Shown here: piece by piece, positions 63,684 through 64,000 of the stretch | Layout of the letters: each line of letters begins with the position of its first letter | Numbering within the stretch: position 1 is the first letter of the stretch | From: an uncultured Chloroflexia bacterium | Lineage (GTDB): Bacteria > Chloroflexota > Limnocylindria > QHBO01 | NCBI GenBank assembly: GCA_963753125.1 | Contig: CAVWAU010000001.1 | Span: forward strand, 71,065 to 135,064 | DNA length: 64,000 nucleotides | Direction of reading: 5' to 3' | The notes under the pieces: model-generated | Databases searched by the model: none | Told to the model about the DNA's origin: nothing | Seen by the model: the letters and a program-made list of their open reading frames with translations, nothing else | Made by a program: the position numbers and the translations under genes

Positions 63684-64000
63684 TCAGCCGTCGAGCGCGG
63701 CGAGGGCCGGGGCCAGGGCCTCGATGCTCTCGACGGTGATCGGGTCCAGCACGAGCTGGACGTGGGCGACCCCGACCTGCGCGAACGCCGTGAGCGTCCT
63801 CGCCAGCATCTCCGGGTCGCCGGGGACCGGCTCGAACGGCTCGTCGCTCACCGCCGAGCCACGCCCGAGCGCGCCGGGCATGGCGACGACCAATGCCACC
63901 GTGCGCTCCACCTCGGCCGGGTCCCGCCCGACGGCCCGGCACGCCGCATCCACCTGCTCGCGGACCGGGCCGTAGCCGGCGACCGAGTTGCCGAACCACG
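63684..64000 (-). CDS. luciferase-like (LLM class) oxidoreductase, C-terminal part (5' end beyond the right edge)
   Basis: The frame stays open to the window edge: ...WFGNSVAGYGPVREQVDAACRAVGRDPAEVERTVALVV...GVAHVQLVLDPITVESIEALAPALAALDG. Confidence 0.7.
   Translation of the reverse strand, partial: WFGNSVAGYGPVREQVDAACRAVGRDPAEVERTVALVVAMPGALGRGSAVSDEPFEPVPGDPEMLARTLTAFAQVGVAHVQLVLDPITVESIEALAPALAALDG

Noticed and set aside
63256-63999. 247-aa track ORF extending upstream over the LLM oxidoreductase gene
   Set aside because: The N-terminal 110 residues are Arg/Gly/Pro-rich and overlap a better-supported gene in another frame. The start was moved to ATG 63669.

Overview
High-GC (roughly 70%) bacterial chromosomal window; gene content looks Actinomycetota- or Chloroflexota-like, but no search was run. 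All domain calls come from motif recognition in the ORF-track translations plus my own translation of regions the track misses. I support about 60 protein-coding loci and 2 tRNAs (Arg-TCT, Glu-CTC). I recognised no rRNA, CRISPR array, transposase or integrase. Main blocks: (i) 1-5.8 kb housekeeping and envelope genes: an edge-truncated rhomboid protease, a BldC-like HTH, a GT2, a cupin, a frameshifted DUF3352-like gene and an EamA transporter. (ii) 6.1-11.5 kb: a tightly coupled four-gene operon (fused TPP E1 alpha/beta, acyltransferase-like, AlkA-like glycosylase, GT1). (iii) 11.5-16.5 kb: tRNA-Arg, an orphan receiver, a sarcosine-oxidase-like gene and a BBE-like oxidase. (iv) 16.5-22.8 kb: a minus-strand operon encoding a ParA/MinD-like ATPase, a GAF-PAS histidine kinase, REC, Hpt and REC-coiled-coil, followed by a disrupted permease. 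(v) 23.5-26.3 kb: a lower-GC accessory patch where the 3' terminal 20 nt of tRNA-Glu recurs twice, framing two one-gene islets (MBL hydrolase, VOC protein). (vi) 26.3-31.6 kb: a hydrolase, DUF1015, queG and a membrane GAF kinase. (vii) 31.7-45.1 kb: an eight-gene translationally coupled cluster joining an ABC-2 exporter to MoxR, DUF58 and three VWA modules plus a collagen-like coiled-coil protein. This is my best candidate for an uncharacterised system. (viii) 45-50.5 kb: an FG-GAP-like surface protein, acetoacetyl-CoA synthetase and a repeat-rich 340-nt leader. (ix) 50.6-54.6 kb: an acyl-CoA dehydrogenase, potA and potD that together carry at least six single-base frame disruptions. (x) 54.6-64 kb: intact potBC, a MerR-XRE-cupin regulator and amine-catabolism enzymes. 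Non-genic signals include two intergenic loci that each carry three GGTAAGC heptamers at exact 11-bp phasing, several perfect palindromes, and two strong hairpin terminators.
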